From the NCBI RefSeq assembly GCF_001194135.2, contig NC_068996.1, forward strand, positions 55,275,266 through 55,330,186: DNA of 54,921 nt. The letters run 5' to 3'. Every line of letters starts with the position of its first letter. Position 1 is the stretch's first letter. Positions 23,374 through 37,510 of the stretch are shown here, one piece after another. The position numbers and the translations under genes are program-made. The notes under the pieces are model-generated. The model saw only the letters and a program-made list of their open reading frames with translations. It was not told the DNA's origin and did not search any database. This DNA comes from Octopus bimaculoides. Lineage: Eukaryota.

Positions 23374-26060
23374 CTAATTAAGAAAAAGAAGAAAAAGAAA
23401 ATCAATTAATAAAAATAAACATACATTGCTTATAAAGCAAAAGTTGGTGTTGTTTACTTTAAATCAAATTATCTAACTTTCAACAAAACTGCAACACTCA
23501 TGCCAATTTATTATCAAGTACAAAGCTTAATTTTGGTGTTTTGATGGTTGACTGAATTTAAAACTAATACATTTTGCTGTTGTAACAAGAGCAGAACAAC
23601 ATATTTCATCATCATTATTACTTTCTGTGACACCAGTAGTCATTCTCACTGACCACAACCACTTGACATCCATCTTTCATTCTTAATACTCTCCTTCTCC
23701 ACTATCATTTTACATTGATCTCCCTTCTGTCTGACCAAATTATTTCCCCCTTTCTCTCTCACCTCCATTCACCTTCTTGTACTTTGAACATCCATCCTGA
23801 CACCAATTCATTGCTATTTTTTTTTATCTCTTTCTACCTCCAATTACTCTCATCCACAGTTGCATAAAGTAGACAAGTAGCTCTTCTAAAGCTAGAAACT
23901 TGTTCAAGCTCCTTTTTCTTGTCACCTAGCATACTGTACCCCTACTGTACCTCAACACAAATCTTAGCCTTGCAAGCTAACTAGTGCTGGTGAAAAAGAA
24001 AAGAGAAAAAGCAGCATCTAATACACTCTAAAGTGGTTGGTGTTAAGAAAGGTGTCCAGCCATAGAAACCATACCAGAACAGACAATGGAGAATGATTCA
24101 GTCCTTGGACTTATCAAATCCTGTCTAACCATCCATCCCATACTACTGCTAGAAGACATCATCATCATTTAATGTCTCTTTTTCCATACTGACCATGGAG
24201 AGGGCTGTGCCAAGCTCCAATGTCTGCTTTGGCATGGTTTCTACAGCTGGATACCCTTCTTAATGCCAACCAATTCACAGAATGTACAGAGGGCGCTTTT
24301 TACATGATACCAGCATTGATAAGGTCACAAAGTACCTACAAAATAAGATTCCTCAATTGAGTGTGGTGTAGTATTATGGGATATGAAAGTGTGACAAAGT
24401 GGCAGGAAAAGGTGAATGGATGACTTGCCCACCTGGAAAGTGAAAGAGAGAGAGATGTGAGGTCAAGGTGCATGGTGAATATGGGAGAGAGAACAGGATG
24501 GAGGGAGAGGAAAAGGTAGGTGGGTAGGTGAGTGGGTTAGAGTGTGACAGATGATAAGATATGGGAACTGAGGTGGAAGCAGTGAATATCAGAGAGGGGA
24601 AGTGAAAGAAAGGAAATAGGAATGGGTCAGGGAGGAGGAGGTGACAAGTGTTAGCAGTAGAGAAAAACATGTGTAAAATGATGATAGTAGAGAGAGAGGA
24701 AACATGTTTTTTTCTCTTCTTTTCCTCTTAATGCCAATGGCCGTTTTGCATTGCATATCCTTATGAATGGAAGGACCACAATCCTCAGTTGGTGTACCTT
24801 GTTTGGCTAGGCCACTATGTACAGTTTAGATTGCACTTGTTTAAATCAATCCTGGTGCTAAACTGGTGCCTGCTTTAACAACTTCAAAAACTTATAGGTA
24901 AAGTAAAACTGGTGAAATTTGAACTTACTCAGAAAATGAAGGGCTGGAACTTAACATCAAAAGATATTTTGTCAGATTCTCATCTGATTCTGTCAATTAA
25001 TCACCATCTCTTGTAGCCTTTTGGTGATTCTTATTAGAGAAATAGATACGTGAAGTCTCTAACTCACTTGACTAAATCTTAGATTTCTAATTTGTTCAAT
25101 GAAAACAAAAACTCTATTCTTGAGTATCGACATAGCTCTTGAACTAATCTATCGCCCTCCGTGTAGTTTTACAATTAGATGAAACAGATGGGCATGTAAT
25201 TAACAAGCAACACAACTTTTTGGTTTATTTATCTGGATATTAGACACACACCTGTTAGTTGAAAAAAGAAAACCCCAAAATACCCTTAATTCTTTAGAAG
25301 GAATAGCTGGACTAACAGAGGTTACCTATTAAGTTGATTACCAAAACTAAATTCAAAATTTGTAATCTAAAATTTTTTTTAAAGTCCTCCACCTACCTTT
25401 ATCATTTAAACTGCCCATTTCTGGCCCAAATATTCAACCTGTTTTAAGTTTAAACTGATCAAATCTGGCCTCACTGATTCTACTCTACAATCAACATTTA
25501 AATCATATTTCTGGCCCAGATATCCTATTAGTTTTATGGTTAAACTGGCCAGATCTGGCCTCTTACACTTACTCTAGAGTGCCATTCTCAAAATAATTAC
25601 ATCATCAAGATCTCAAAGCTAAGAGATTAATTCAAAACAAAATGAATAAATAAGCATTTTATTTGAATGAGTAATTTGAATGCTACAGGGACAATGGTCT
25701 CCACAAAGATTACCGTAGCAACTCATTGCAGGATATGGCAGTATTTGCAAACCAGGGACCTGGTTTTAATTGGAATTAACCAAATGAAATATCTACTTTA
25801 TGTTAGCAATCTTTATATTGATAGCAATTTGTCTTTGTCTTGAAAACATTAATAAATATTCAACTACTAAAAATATATTTCTTTGTAAAAAAACACTAGA
25901 TTTTATTATGTTACCTAACTGCCTTTTACATTCAGCACTGTCATTTTCCCCCGATGTTGTTTCAAACAAGTTTTATGAGATACTCTAATTTAACATTAAA
26001 AGATTTATTGAAATGCTTCACATACACAATTACATAATTTCAGAAAAGTTTTCATCTTAC

Positions 26061-26166
26061 TTGTATTCGAGGCACCACTTTTTCTAGACATTCTGTACTA
26101 CCAGATTTCAAAAGGTCAGGTAAATTGTTCACTACACTGAGTTGTTGGGATTCATTTCGGGCACAT
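26061..26166 (-). CDS. PPP4R4: PPP4R4-like coding exon (equivalent to about exon 3), 106 nt
   Basis: Acceptor ttttccag and donor gtaaga. After 1 nt of a split codon it translates CARNESQQLSVVNNLPDLLKSGSTECLEKVVPRIQ, similar to the recalled vertebrate PPP4R4 segment AGQDVQGTSVIANLPFLMRQNPTETLRRVLPKVR. Ends in phase 0, matching the next exon. Confidence 0.88.
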
Positions 26167-26295
26167 CTGGAAAATAACAGAGAGATAATAATAAGGATGA
26201 TATTGTGATGTGTGGTATTTGAGTTGTGGTTTCATCCAATTTTTCCAAGCATGTGAATGGTTGGTTAAATGTCTACGGGATAGTAAATATATAAA

Positions 26296-26524
26296 TAGGG
26301 TGTTCAAAAAAGTCTTTCCGCAGTAAGTATTTTATTGCAAAATAAAATATTTATAAGCTGGTATAAGAAGACTGCAAAAGAATATATTAGACTTTACAAG
26401 ACTTTATAAGTGGTGTTAAAAGTGTCATCCTTCATTTTCAATACTTAAGTTGATTCTCCTACAAATGTTTTTGAAATATATCTTGAGAGAAAAAATTCAC
26501 TGCAGAGAGACTTTTTGAACACCT

Positions 26525-26526
<2 letters not shown>
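26296..26526. mobile_element. Tc1/mariner-type MITE
   Basis: Imperfect ~30-bp TIR: agggtgttcaaaaaagtctttccgcagt versus actgcagagagactttttgaacaccttg. TA target duplication is decayed. Confidence 0.7.
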
Positions 26527-26558
<32 letters not shown>

Positions 26559-27701
26559 CAATCATTTTTTAACATTCTTTTTTGATGCTTGCATGGGTTA
26601 GATGGAGTTTATTGAGGCAGATTTTCAGATGCTCCTCCTGTCACCCGTTTCCAAGTAAAGTAATATTTTCTCATGACCAGATGAAATTTTATGGAACACT
26701 GAAAACAAAGGACACCACTTCCCTTACAGTAACAGTCATTTTACAACTATCATGCAATGTGAAAGCAAAGAGGCAATAAAACACACACAAGCACACACAC
26801 ACACAAGCACACACACACACATACTGACAAACATTGACACACACAAACACAACAGGCTTCTTTCAGTCTCCATCTACCAAATCCACTCACAAGGCTTTGG
26901 TTGGCCTGAAACTATAGTAGAAGACACTCCCCCAAGGTGCTGTGCAGCGGGAGTGAACCCAGAACCATGTGGTTGGGAAACAAATTTTATGCCACCCAGC
27001 CACACCTGCATCTACATGTATTTGCACTATCTAAACAGTGTTTTGTTTTGTGGAGGATAGGATTTAAAGAAGAATGGTTCACAGTTGGAGTTTCTTTTTC
27101 CAACCAAAAACACAGTGCCTTTACAAATCTAATATTGTTCAAGATTGGATTAATAGTGAAATATAAAGAAAAAGTGCCCCAGCATGGCCGCAGTGTAATG
27201 ACTGAAACAAGTAAAAGATAAACGTCATTCTGTTCTTGAATCATCATACACAAACCCACAGAGATGATATTAAAACCACAAATAGTACTGATTACACGAA
27301 AACTGACAAAATGTCTGAGCAATTTCTGTTTTGTTGCCTTGGATGTTCAGTCACCATATTTAAATCTATAGAATCTCTGAATGAATTTAGGCAATATTTC
27401 TGAGCAAGAGAAAGAACTGAACACGCAAATTTAATTTACCAACTGAGCTTCATGCTTTTAGTTACTGGTCTATTGCTCCAGCATGGCCTCAATATATTAA
27501 AAAGAAAAGGGGAGATAAATGCTCAAATACATTAAAATCACAACACTATTGTCTTTTGATTAATACTAAGGCATAGTTGACAAAATCATGGTTCTAGGTT
27601 CAAACTTTGGCCCAGTTCAGGTGGAGTATCATAAAATGATTGGAGATATCAATATCACATCCAAGATGAGGAAATGCGAGCATTTTAAATGTTTCTTCAT
27701 C

Positions 27702-27749
<48 letters not shown>

Positions 27750-27916
27750 ACTAGAGTTGTATTTCAAACCTGCCAGGGGCTAACTACTGAATATATTTCT
27801 GTTTTACAAACAGCTCTGAGATTAGTAGTGCAGTGGTTAGAATAAGAAGAGTCAGGTAGGACATTGACTTCTGCAACAGTGAGGTTTGTCTGAGAATTTC
27901 TCTAACAGAGAGAGAA

Positions 27917-27949
<33 letters not shown>

Positions 27950-30900
27950 AGGAGATGGTTATATGTTCAGTGGGTGTTTGAATGGGTTGGTGGTGTGAAG
28001 GACATCTAACTACAAAGCTCCAATTCCAATATACTTCTGTGAATTAAAAGGAGATTGCAAACCATGTAAAGATAGCAAATAATCATTTATACTTCATTAT
28101 TTTAACACCAGTTTTATCAGATTACATACAGCTTGCAGCCTGAGATTATCCCTAATCAAGCAGAAGGTATACAAATGTTTTCTAAATTACCAACAAACCT
28201 CAGAACCAATGCCAGTTTTGGTGATGGAAGGGCATTGCAGCAAATATTGATGCCAACACCTTGTTGAGCTCAACTTAACAACATAGCTTGACTTTCTGGA
28301 AACGGAAGCCAAATCTCCCTCAAATCAAAAAGACATTTTATAGTCTTAATTTTTTAAAGGTGTCTATAGCACCCATAGCCTTTGTAAACCTCCAAGACTG
28401 GTGAGATTAATGTTGTTAATGTTTCCCTTGAATCTTTGCAAGAATGACATGAGGTAGGAGGGGAATTCCAGAAGAGTGACATTTTGGGAAAGAAGGACTG
28501 AGTGTAGTGATTAATGTTAGACTAGAGAGGCAGCAAACTCAAATGGTAGAATATCAGGTAATATTACCAAACAGTATTGAATTATTAAATGAACCTCTGT
28601 GTGATTATTCCATCTGCAAAAGTAACAGCCCTACCCCTCAGGTAACACCTGCTTTAAAAACAACATATTGCATACTGTGGTCTTTAGATTCCTGCATGCA
28701 GGGAACAAATGTGATGGTTATGGCTGGAATGCTTTCAATTATAGATTTGCTCAATCAAGGCTTACTTGGGACTGGACAAAATGTTTGGCCAATGAGACAG
28801 GTTTTACATGATTAATAAACCTGTTAGAAATAGTAGCCAGATCAATCTTAGATAATTGGTTAATGTAGTCTTATATACACCTAAATGACTGGTTTTTATA
28901 AGTCTGGTTAATCAAAGTTGATCTGGGAATTCATAACCTTATATCACACCTTACAGTAACAAAGAAAAATAAAAGTGCAATTAAAAAAAAAAGAAAAAGA
29001 AAAAAGATCACTGCTACAATATCTTAGATTGTAGGTGTGCTTGATCATGACCAATCTGAAGCTAAAGAACAACAGCCATGCTCAAAAATATTCCACATTC
29101 TCTATTAAAAAAATTCTGCTGGATGAATGTTTCATTTCATCTTTGCAGAAGAAATTTCAAAAAATCTACCAGTTATATTCTGGGACCAAATCCACTGTTG
29201 CTAAATTATAGAGAATGTCAATATGTTAACATCATACCAAGAACTAAAATAGCTTCTGAAAATTCTTTCCATTATTTTGAAAATTCAAACAGTTTTGTTT
29301 TAGCAAATCTACTTTTGAACAAATAAGGTAGTTGAAGGGTTAAGAATTTAATAGTTTCTCACTTCCATATTTCATACCATTTCTTCATTGCACTTGACAG
29401 TTCCATATCATCTAACTACAGGCATTAAGAAACTGTTAAATCTATGGTGCCACAACGAAAAACAAAATAACCCCCAAGAACCCCATAAGTGATCGACAGA
29501 ATGTTTAACTTTCACTCATTAACATTGCTCAAACATTAATGGAGAATTTTCCAGTTAAAAAAAAAAAGGGAAGTGTGGGTATAGTCATGTAGTAGGTGAT
29601 GACGGGAAACTTAAAGAAAGCATAAAAGACTAAATGATACCACAGTGCCATTGAAACGAAATAAAAGCCAAGTGTTCTCAACATTGCAGAACATATTTGT
29701 CATAAATTATAGTTTATAGTCACATTTTTCAAAAGAAGAAAAAAGAAAAGCTAATAAAAAAAATGGCATTAGGTGATTAGCATGGGAATATGAAAAAAAA
29801 CAACAAAAAAAAAAAAACAAAAAAAAAANNNNNNNNNNAAAAAAAAAAAAAAACAAAAAAAAAAACCCAACAAAAAACAAACTACAAGGTTGATAAGCTC
29901 TTTTATATGTCAACCCCTCACTCACTCACCATCAGACTGGTTATTTTTCTATTTCTAATACATCAAGCAATTATATCCTTTCAGAGTATCTGGGATATTG
30001 CACTCAATTATCGGCAATTTGAGATGGGAGTTAAAGGATCTGTTCGTACATAATTAAAATTAAGAGTTTAGGGAGTCAGAGAAGCAGTGTAGAAAACAAG
30101 GGCACAAACCAACTCCCTTATTTACTGCCACAAATCAACGAGAGTGAAGGTTATTAACTAAATTCAGTCTTGGAAGAATATATTTATCAGACAACAATAA
30201 AAATATTTGGGAAAGATGAAATTTAAAGGATTAGGGGAAGGGAAAGAAATTCCCTATCGTTCAAATGTGATTAGAAATTCCAATTTAATATTGAAATAAA
30301 TTATATTGATCAATTCATTTTAAATATAGGGGATAGATGAGAGTCTGAAGGAAACTGAAAAAAAAAAAAAATGAATAAAAGATTTTCAAAAATAAGGTTT
30401 AGAGGAGGATTTAAACCAAATGATAAAATTTAGGTGGGAAGCTGCAGCCAAGTTTTCTTTTTTTTTTTTTTGACATAGGAGAGAAATTAAGATACAGCAC
30501 TGTTTTACATCCTCTGTAAACTTTTCCCTGAAGAACGAAGATCTGAAATGTTGGATTTTCCACTCCCCACAGCAAGTTCACTGAATTCTTTTTGTCAATT
30601 TTACTAAATAATAACACTAGTCTAACCAACACAGACCAACACCAATTCGGAAGTTAACCAAACAATAAGCTTTGGCTAACTAAAAATATAGTANNNNNNN
30701 NNNNNNNNNNNNNNNNNNNNNNNNNNNNNNNNNNNNNNNNNNNNNNNNNNNNNNNNNNNNNNNNNNNNNNNNNNNNNNNNNNNNNNNNNNNNNNNNNNNN
30801 NNNNNNNNNNNNNNNNNNNNNNNNNNNNNNNNNNNNNNNNNNNNNNNNNNNNNNNNNNNNNNNNNNNNNNNNNNNNNNNNNNNNNNNNNNNNNNNNNNNN

Positions 30901-31438
30901 NNNNNNNNNNNNNNNNNNNNNNNNNNNNNNNNNNNNNNNNNNNNNNNNNNNNNNNNNNNNNNNNNNNNNNNNNNNNNNNNNNNNNNNNNNNNNNNNNNNN
31001 NNNNNNNNNNNNNNNNNNNNNNNNNNNNNNNNNNNNNNNNNNNNNNNNNNNNNNNNNNNNNNNNNNNNNNNNNNNNNNNNNNNNNNNNNNNNNNNNNNNN
31101 ATATATATATATATATATATACACATACATATATACACACACACACACACCTGCATATATATACATACACACATTCTGAGTTCAAATCCTGCCGAGGTCA
31201 ACTTTGCCTTTCATCCATTTAGGGGTTGATAAAATAATAAAGTACGAGTGAAGTACTGGGGAGGGGGGGTCAATGTGATTGACTTGTTCTCTCCCCTCAA
31301 AAATGCAAGGCTTGAATCCTACAAGAGACTAGCTCCCTATTCAGAGGAAATGTGATTTGATCACTAATATGTCATAGGAACCAGGTAACCAATCTTATGA
31401 GATCTAGTCACCAACAAAAAAGTATATATATATAATGT

Positions 31439-32004
31439 ATCATCATTGTTTAACGTCTACTTTCCATGCTGGCATGGGTTGACTGAGGTCTGGAAAGCCA
31501 GGAGGCTGCACCAAGCTTCAATCTGATCTGGCAATGTTTCTACAGCTGGATGCCCTTCCTAATGCCAACCATACCGAGAGTATAGTGGGTGCTTTTTACG
31601 TGCCACCAGCATGGGAGTCAGTCAGAAGGCAGTGGCATTGGCTATGTTTGGATGGTGCTTTTTATGTGCCACCAGCATTGGAGCCAGTCAAGTGGACCTG
31701 GCATTGACCATGTTTGGATGATGTCTTTTACGTGCCACCGGCACAGGAGTCAGTCAGGGGGTACTGGCATTGACCACATTTGGATGGTGCATTTTACATG
31801 CCACTGGAAGGGGAGCCAGTCAGGGGCACTGGCCACAGCTATGCTTTTGGTTTTACTTGACTCAACAGGTCTTCTCAAGCATATCATATCACCTGACGCA
31901 TCAAGGGTACTTTTAAATGGGCCGGACATGCAACACTGGCATCAGCCATGGCTGTGATCTCACTTTAGTTGCTGGGTCTTCTTAATCACAGCATATCTCC
32001 AAAG
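31439..32004 (-). mobile_element. RTE LINE 3'UTR fragment with four or five internal ~60-bp repeats
   Basis: Reverse complement of the 3'UTR at 1570-2123, including the tail and the gagccagtca...ggcattg...ggatggtgcttttta repeats. Confidence 0.9.
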
Positions 32005-32440
32005 CTAACCTTAATTTGCACCTTTAAAGTTATTTTAATATGCTGGCCACTTGATGAAAGTTTTGAAAAAAAATTTATCCTATATTAGAAGTATATATAT
32101 ATATATAGGAAATAGTGGCACAACAAGGCATCAATATTTGCTGGAAATAGCAGTCAATAACTGTATGATGTTATATAAAGCTTCACTGAATGAATAGAGG
32201 CAAAGATGTGTGCGGGCAGTGAACATAAAAAATTTTGTCTTACCTCTAGGATGAATGTTGGATAAATGGACAACCTAGTACTCAAGTTTCGGATTTTCCA
32301 GAATACGTTTGTTATCATAAATCTGGTTAGTCTTCTTCAGCTAGGTACACTGAAGACGTTTTATGTAAAAATTATAGATATTATTGCAATACAATGGTAT
32401 TATTTTCCAGTTAAAAAAAACTTGTAAAGGTAGAATTCTA

Positions 32441-32482
<42 letters not shown>

Positions 32483-33167
32483 TATATGTTCTATCTTTTT
32501 CAGTCATTATTAAACTGCAGCCATGTTGGGGCACCACCTTGGAGAATTTTAGTTAAATAAATTGACTCCAGTACTTTCAGTCTCTTTTGCTGAACCACTA
32601 AGTTACGGGGATGTAAATACAAGAACATAGGTTGTTCAGTGGTGATGGGGGGGAGCATACACACAGACACATGATGGGGTTCTTTCAGTTTTCATCTAGA
32701 AAATTCACTCACAAGGCTTTGAGTGACCCAAAGTTATAGTAGAAAACACTTGCCCAAGGTGTCATGCAGTGGGACTGAACCCGGAACTATGTGGTTAGGA
32801 AGCAAGCTTCCTACTAAAACACACACACACAAATCTCACCAATGCATATAAGCAAGGAAACTGAAAAATCATGCCTTTTTGAAACAAATTCCCTTGAGAT
32901 ATTCCTTAACATTCAGTTGATGAATGGGACCCTATTATAAACCCTGTAATTAATGATACTATTGCTTGTTGATTGCAATTATTGAATGTATCCTTTTTGT
33001 TTATCTTCATTAGAACAGAATGTAATTTGGTAGAAAATTAGCTGCTTTATCTTGTAGGTCACGTTTCTTTCTTTCTTTTATGTTTTTAATTTCAATGAGC
33101 AAGAGCAGTTTTCACCATTTAAAATTGATAAAAAAACAAATAAAAAATTTTGTGAATAGTCCGCTAA

Positions 33168-33520
33168 TAGGCTTGTGTAGTTAAGAAGCTTGCTTTGCAA
33201 TTATGTGATTTTGGTTTCAGTCCTACTGTGCAGCACTTTGGGCAGATGTCTTCTACTCCAGCCCTGGGTTGAGGAAAGCCTTGTGGTGGATTCGGTGAAT
33301 GGAAACTGTGTGGATGCCCATCATATGTGTGTGTGCTTTTGTGTTTGTACCTCCCTCTACCACTTGAGAACAGGTTATTGGTTTGTTTATGTCCCTGAAA
33401 CTTAGTGGTTTGGCAAATGATAGAGTAAGTATCAAACTTGGAATATAAATACTGGGTTTGATATGTTTGCCCTTCAAGAGGCACCTTGGCATGGCTGCAA
33501 TCCAATGATAAAAAGAATAA
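33168..33520 (+). mobile_element. tRNA-derived SINE family 2
   Basis: tgtagttaagaagcttgc...ggtttcagtcctactg...ttgggcag...aagccttgtgg...ggaaactg, a central (TG)n, and a 3' body ending ggcatggctgcaatccaatga. Other copies: minus 4125-4422, 22553-22703, 26855-27012, 32497-32815, 36271-36412, 50003-50790; plus 46703-46880. Confidence 0.82.
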
Positions 33521-33539
33521 TATATTAAAACAAAGTTAA

Positions 33540-33676
33540 AATCTGGTTATAGAGTGACCCATGGCTTTGTATCCATGAAAGCTACAGCCTTGTGGACAGC
33601 CATAGAGTCTGATTGGCTGTCCACAAGGCTGTAGCTTTCATGAATACAAAACCACTGGTCACTCTATGACCAGACT
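33540..33676. mobile_element. Palindromic MITE with TTAA flanks and RR...YY ends (Kolobok-like)
   Basis: 63-bp inverted arms with an 11-nt loop; TTAA|aatctgg ... ccagact|TTAA. Confidence 0.8.
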
Positions 33677-33769
33677 TTAATATAGGATTGAATACTGCTC
33701 TATTCTTTAGAGCATGCTTCTTTTTCTGATATATCTTATATATATTGACAAACAATATATATACATAAG

Positions 33770-35220
33770 TAGGGGTTCACCAAGGATCAGTCCTCCGTCC
33801 CCTCTTATTCAACAGATTCCTCCAGGCAATAACAAAGGAATTCAAGACAGGCTGCCTCTGAGAGCTCCTCTATGCTGATGACCTTGCTCCAATAGCAGAG
33901 TCACTGCCAGAAGTATAGACGAAGTTTAGGGGTGGAAGCAAGGTCTAGAATTGAAGGGTCTTAGGGTTAACCTAGCAAAAACCAAAGTTTTAGTAAGTAG
34001 AGAGGCTGACAAATCACAAAATCCTTCAGGTAGATGGCCCTGCTCAATCTGTAGGAAAGGTGTAGGTAGAAACTCCATAAGATGTACCTGGTGTAAACTA
34101 TGGACACATAAGAGGTGCAGGAATATCAAAGGAAGACAGCTTTTGTGTGTTGCAGATGCACAGGGGCAATAAACACTGACGATGTACAGAAAATAGATTC
34201 CATCATATGCCAGGGGAAAAACTAGAAGTAGTTGATAGCTTCCACTACCTAGGTGACCAAGTCTGTAGTGGGGGAGGTTACTCAGAGTGTAGTGGCTAGA
34301 ATAAGAATAGCTTGGGCAAAGTTCAGGGAGCTCTTACCTCTGCTGGCAACAAAAGGCCTCTTACTCACAATGAAAGGTAGATTGTATGATGCATGTGTAC
34401 AAACAGCCATACTACATGGCAGTGAAACATAGGCCATGAATGCTGAGGACATGCGTAAGCTCGCAAGGAACGAAGCTAGTATGCTCTGCTGGATGTGTAA
34501 TGTCAGTGTGTATACACGGCAGAGTATGAACGCCCTGAGAGAAAAGTTGGACATAAGAAACAGCAGATGTGGTGTACAGGAGAGACAACTGTGCTGGTAT
34601 GGTCATGTGTTACATATGGATGAGGACAGCTGTGTGAGGAAGTGCCACACCCTAACTGTGGAAGGAACCTGTGGAAGAGGTAGACCCAGGAAGACATGGT
34701 ATGAGGTGGTGAAGCATGACCTTCGAACATTGGGCCTCACATAGGCAATGGCAGGAGACTGAGAAGACCCAGCAACTAAAATGAAATCACAGCCGTGGCC
34801 AATGCCACTGTTGCATGTCCGGTGCTTTTACAAGTACCTTTGATGTGTTGTGCAATATGATATAGTTGAGAAGATCTGTCAAGTCAAGTAAAACCAAAAT
34901 CGTAGCTGTGGCCAGTGCCCTCTGACTGGCTCCCGTGCTGGTAGCACATAAAAAGCACCATCTGAACATGGTAGAAGCTGGTGGTATGTAAAAAGCACTA
35001 TCTGAACCTGATCGATGCCAGGGCTGCCTCCCGTGCTGGTGGTACGTAAAAAGCACCCACTACACTCTCAGAGTGGTTGGCGTTAGGAAGGGCATCCAAC
35101 TGTAGAAACATTGCCAGATCAGATTGGAGCCTGGCGCAGCTGCTGGCTCTCTAGACCTCAGTCAAATCGTCCAACCCATGCCAGCATGGAAAACAGATGC
35201 TAAACGATGAGGATGATGAT
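33770..35220 (+). mobile_element. RTE-clade LINE, 5'-truncated copy of the family at 1-2123
   Basis: Starts at GVHQGSVL; LYADDL, PHD-like finger, GTCGRGRPRKTW, the same 3'UTR and a (GAT)n tail. Several stops and frameshifts. Confidence 0.95.
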
Positions 35221-35300
35221 ATCATCATCGTCGTTTAACGTCCGCTTTCCATGCTAGCATGGGTTGGACGATTTGACTGAGGACTGGCTACACCAGGCTC
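35221..35300 (-). mobile_element. Young RTE 3'-tail copy, tail-to-tail with the plus-strand LINE
   Basis: atcatcatcgtcgtttaacgtccgc... directly follows ...gatgatgat. Confidence 0.88.
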
Positions 35301-36883
35301 ATATATATATCCATGCCTGCACAAATATTCCTGTGCACATACATATATGCATACATGATTATATCCTAATTATATACATACATTTGCAAATGCATGCATT
35401 CACACACCTGACCTCCTCCAGGTGTTCTCTACCAACCACCTGAGTGTTTTATATATCATCATAGTCATCCAGTGTTTTAAATCTGGGTTTAAGTCACATG
35501 CTTTATATATATAATCATACACCTTCTGGAAAGATGAGTGGATTATCAAGAAAAAATATTAGAATGTTGCCTTGGAATATTTGTTTTGGTTCTTTTTGAG
35601 TTCAAATCCTGCCAAAGTAAGCTTTGCCTTTCATCCTTTCTGGTTCAATAAAATAAAGCGCCAGTCTAAGACTGGGTTGATGGAATCATTAGAGCAGTGG
35701 ACAAAATGTTTTGTCCAAAATTGGTTCTGGGTAGTTGTGATGGATATGTTTTTAGCTAGATGACAAGATGGTACCTTATAGTAAAAAGAATAAAAGAAAA
35801 GTCAAGTAAGAAATTAATGGTAAACCATGTTTGTATTACCCCAGGCAAATTCCACAATCCATTCATTTTTTCACCAGGGTACTACGTGTCTCTTCAGTCT
35901 CTCCAGATAAGAACTCTTATGGAAGCAGAGTTGGCTGCAGTTAGTTTTAAAGTCTGAACACAGTGAACAAATGGTAAGAAGCATTCAGTCTGATGCTGCC
36001 ATGGCTGACAGCTCATGTCAAGGAAGTCATCAGCAATCATTTGTTATCTTGATGGTACGAAGGGAGCATAGTGGATTATTGAGGCAGATTTTGCTATGGC
36101 TGGATGCCCTTCCTGTTGCCAATCTTCATCTGTTTCCAAGCAAGGTAATATTTCCCCATGGCCAGATATAGTCTTGCAGAAGACTGAAAACAAAGGATAC
36201 TGTTTGCATGACAATGACACTCACTCACAATTATGAAAGCTAAGAGACAGTAACACACAAATCGATGCAAAGGGCTTCTTTCAGTTTCCATCTACCAAAT
36301 CCACTCACTAAACTTTGGTTGGCTTGGGACTACAGAAGACATTTGCTCAAGATGCTATGCAGTGAGAACCAGGAACCAAACTTCTTACCATAGTCAAACC
36401 TGCATCTACATAACTTATTTTATCAACCATGGATGGATGAAAGATAAAACTTACCGCAGTGGGATTTGAACTCAAAATGCAAGGTGGTTGTAATGAAATA
36501 TAGTAAGGCAATGCCCATGCTCTTATAATTCTCACAACATTCACCACCTGGTAGATGTTTAAGGGGGAAGGCATATTTACAATTCTAAACCTTAAGATGA
36601 CATGACCTACAGAAACTGGAAAAAAGCACACAAGAACAATAAAAATAAAATTGTTAAAGCTAGAGGCATTGATTGGATGTTTCTATTGATCAGATTGGTT
36701 ATCTCTTTGTTTGAGATAGGATTAGGCCTGCTTTGAGTAGGATAAGTAAAAGATAACTACTACAATAAAATAACAAAATAAAAATAGTCATCATAAATAG
36801 GAAAGGTTTATGTGTGAAAGATAGATAGATAGATAGATAGAGAGAGAGAGGGAGAGGGAGAGGAAGAGAGAGAGAGAGGGAGA

Positions 36884-36933
<50 letters not shown>

Positions 36934-37461
36934 CTGGACACTGGAGTTAACTATTTCCAAGTATTCATCAGTTGACCAGTTTTTGTCCCAGATGTATTTC
37001 CTACTTGAATTAGGCTGGTGTAGGTGGCTATCTTAACACCACCATCATGATTAACACCTACTACTACTGCTGCTGCTGCTGCGGCGGTGGTTATGGAGTT
37101 TGTGTGGTATACAACATTTCAGTGGTGGAATGGCGGGTGAACTCAGTAGCACAGAACAGAAAATAACACAACTGTAAATAACAAAATCTATAGGAGGATC
37201 AGCAGCAGCAGCAATAATAATGATAATAATAATAACAACAATAATCCTCACAAATAATAATGATAATATTTAGCTGGATGTATGGAGATAGAGAAGCTAC
37301 ATAAAAGGAGTGCCCTAATTGAAGCAGTGTCATGTAAAACATGATTACTCCACTGAACACAGACACAAACCAACTTCTTTTCTCTATAGTTGTTCCTTCC
37401 ATTAGAGCAGCAAATTAAGGTTGGGTTTAATAAAAAGATAACAACAGCAACAATAATTCTG

Positions 37462-37510
<49 letters not shown>

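Noticed and set aside
30615-30690. Possible 5S rRNA-derived sequence (ggaagttaacca...ggctaacta)
   Set aside because: Similarity is limited to two short motifs and the sequence is cut by a gap.
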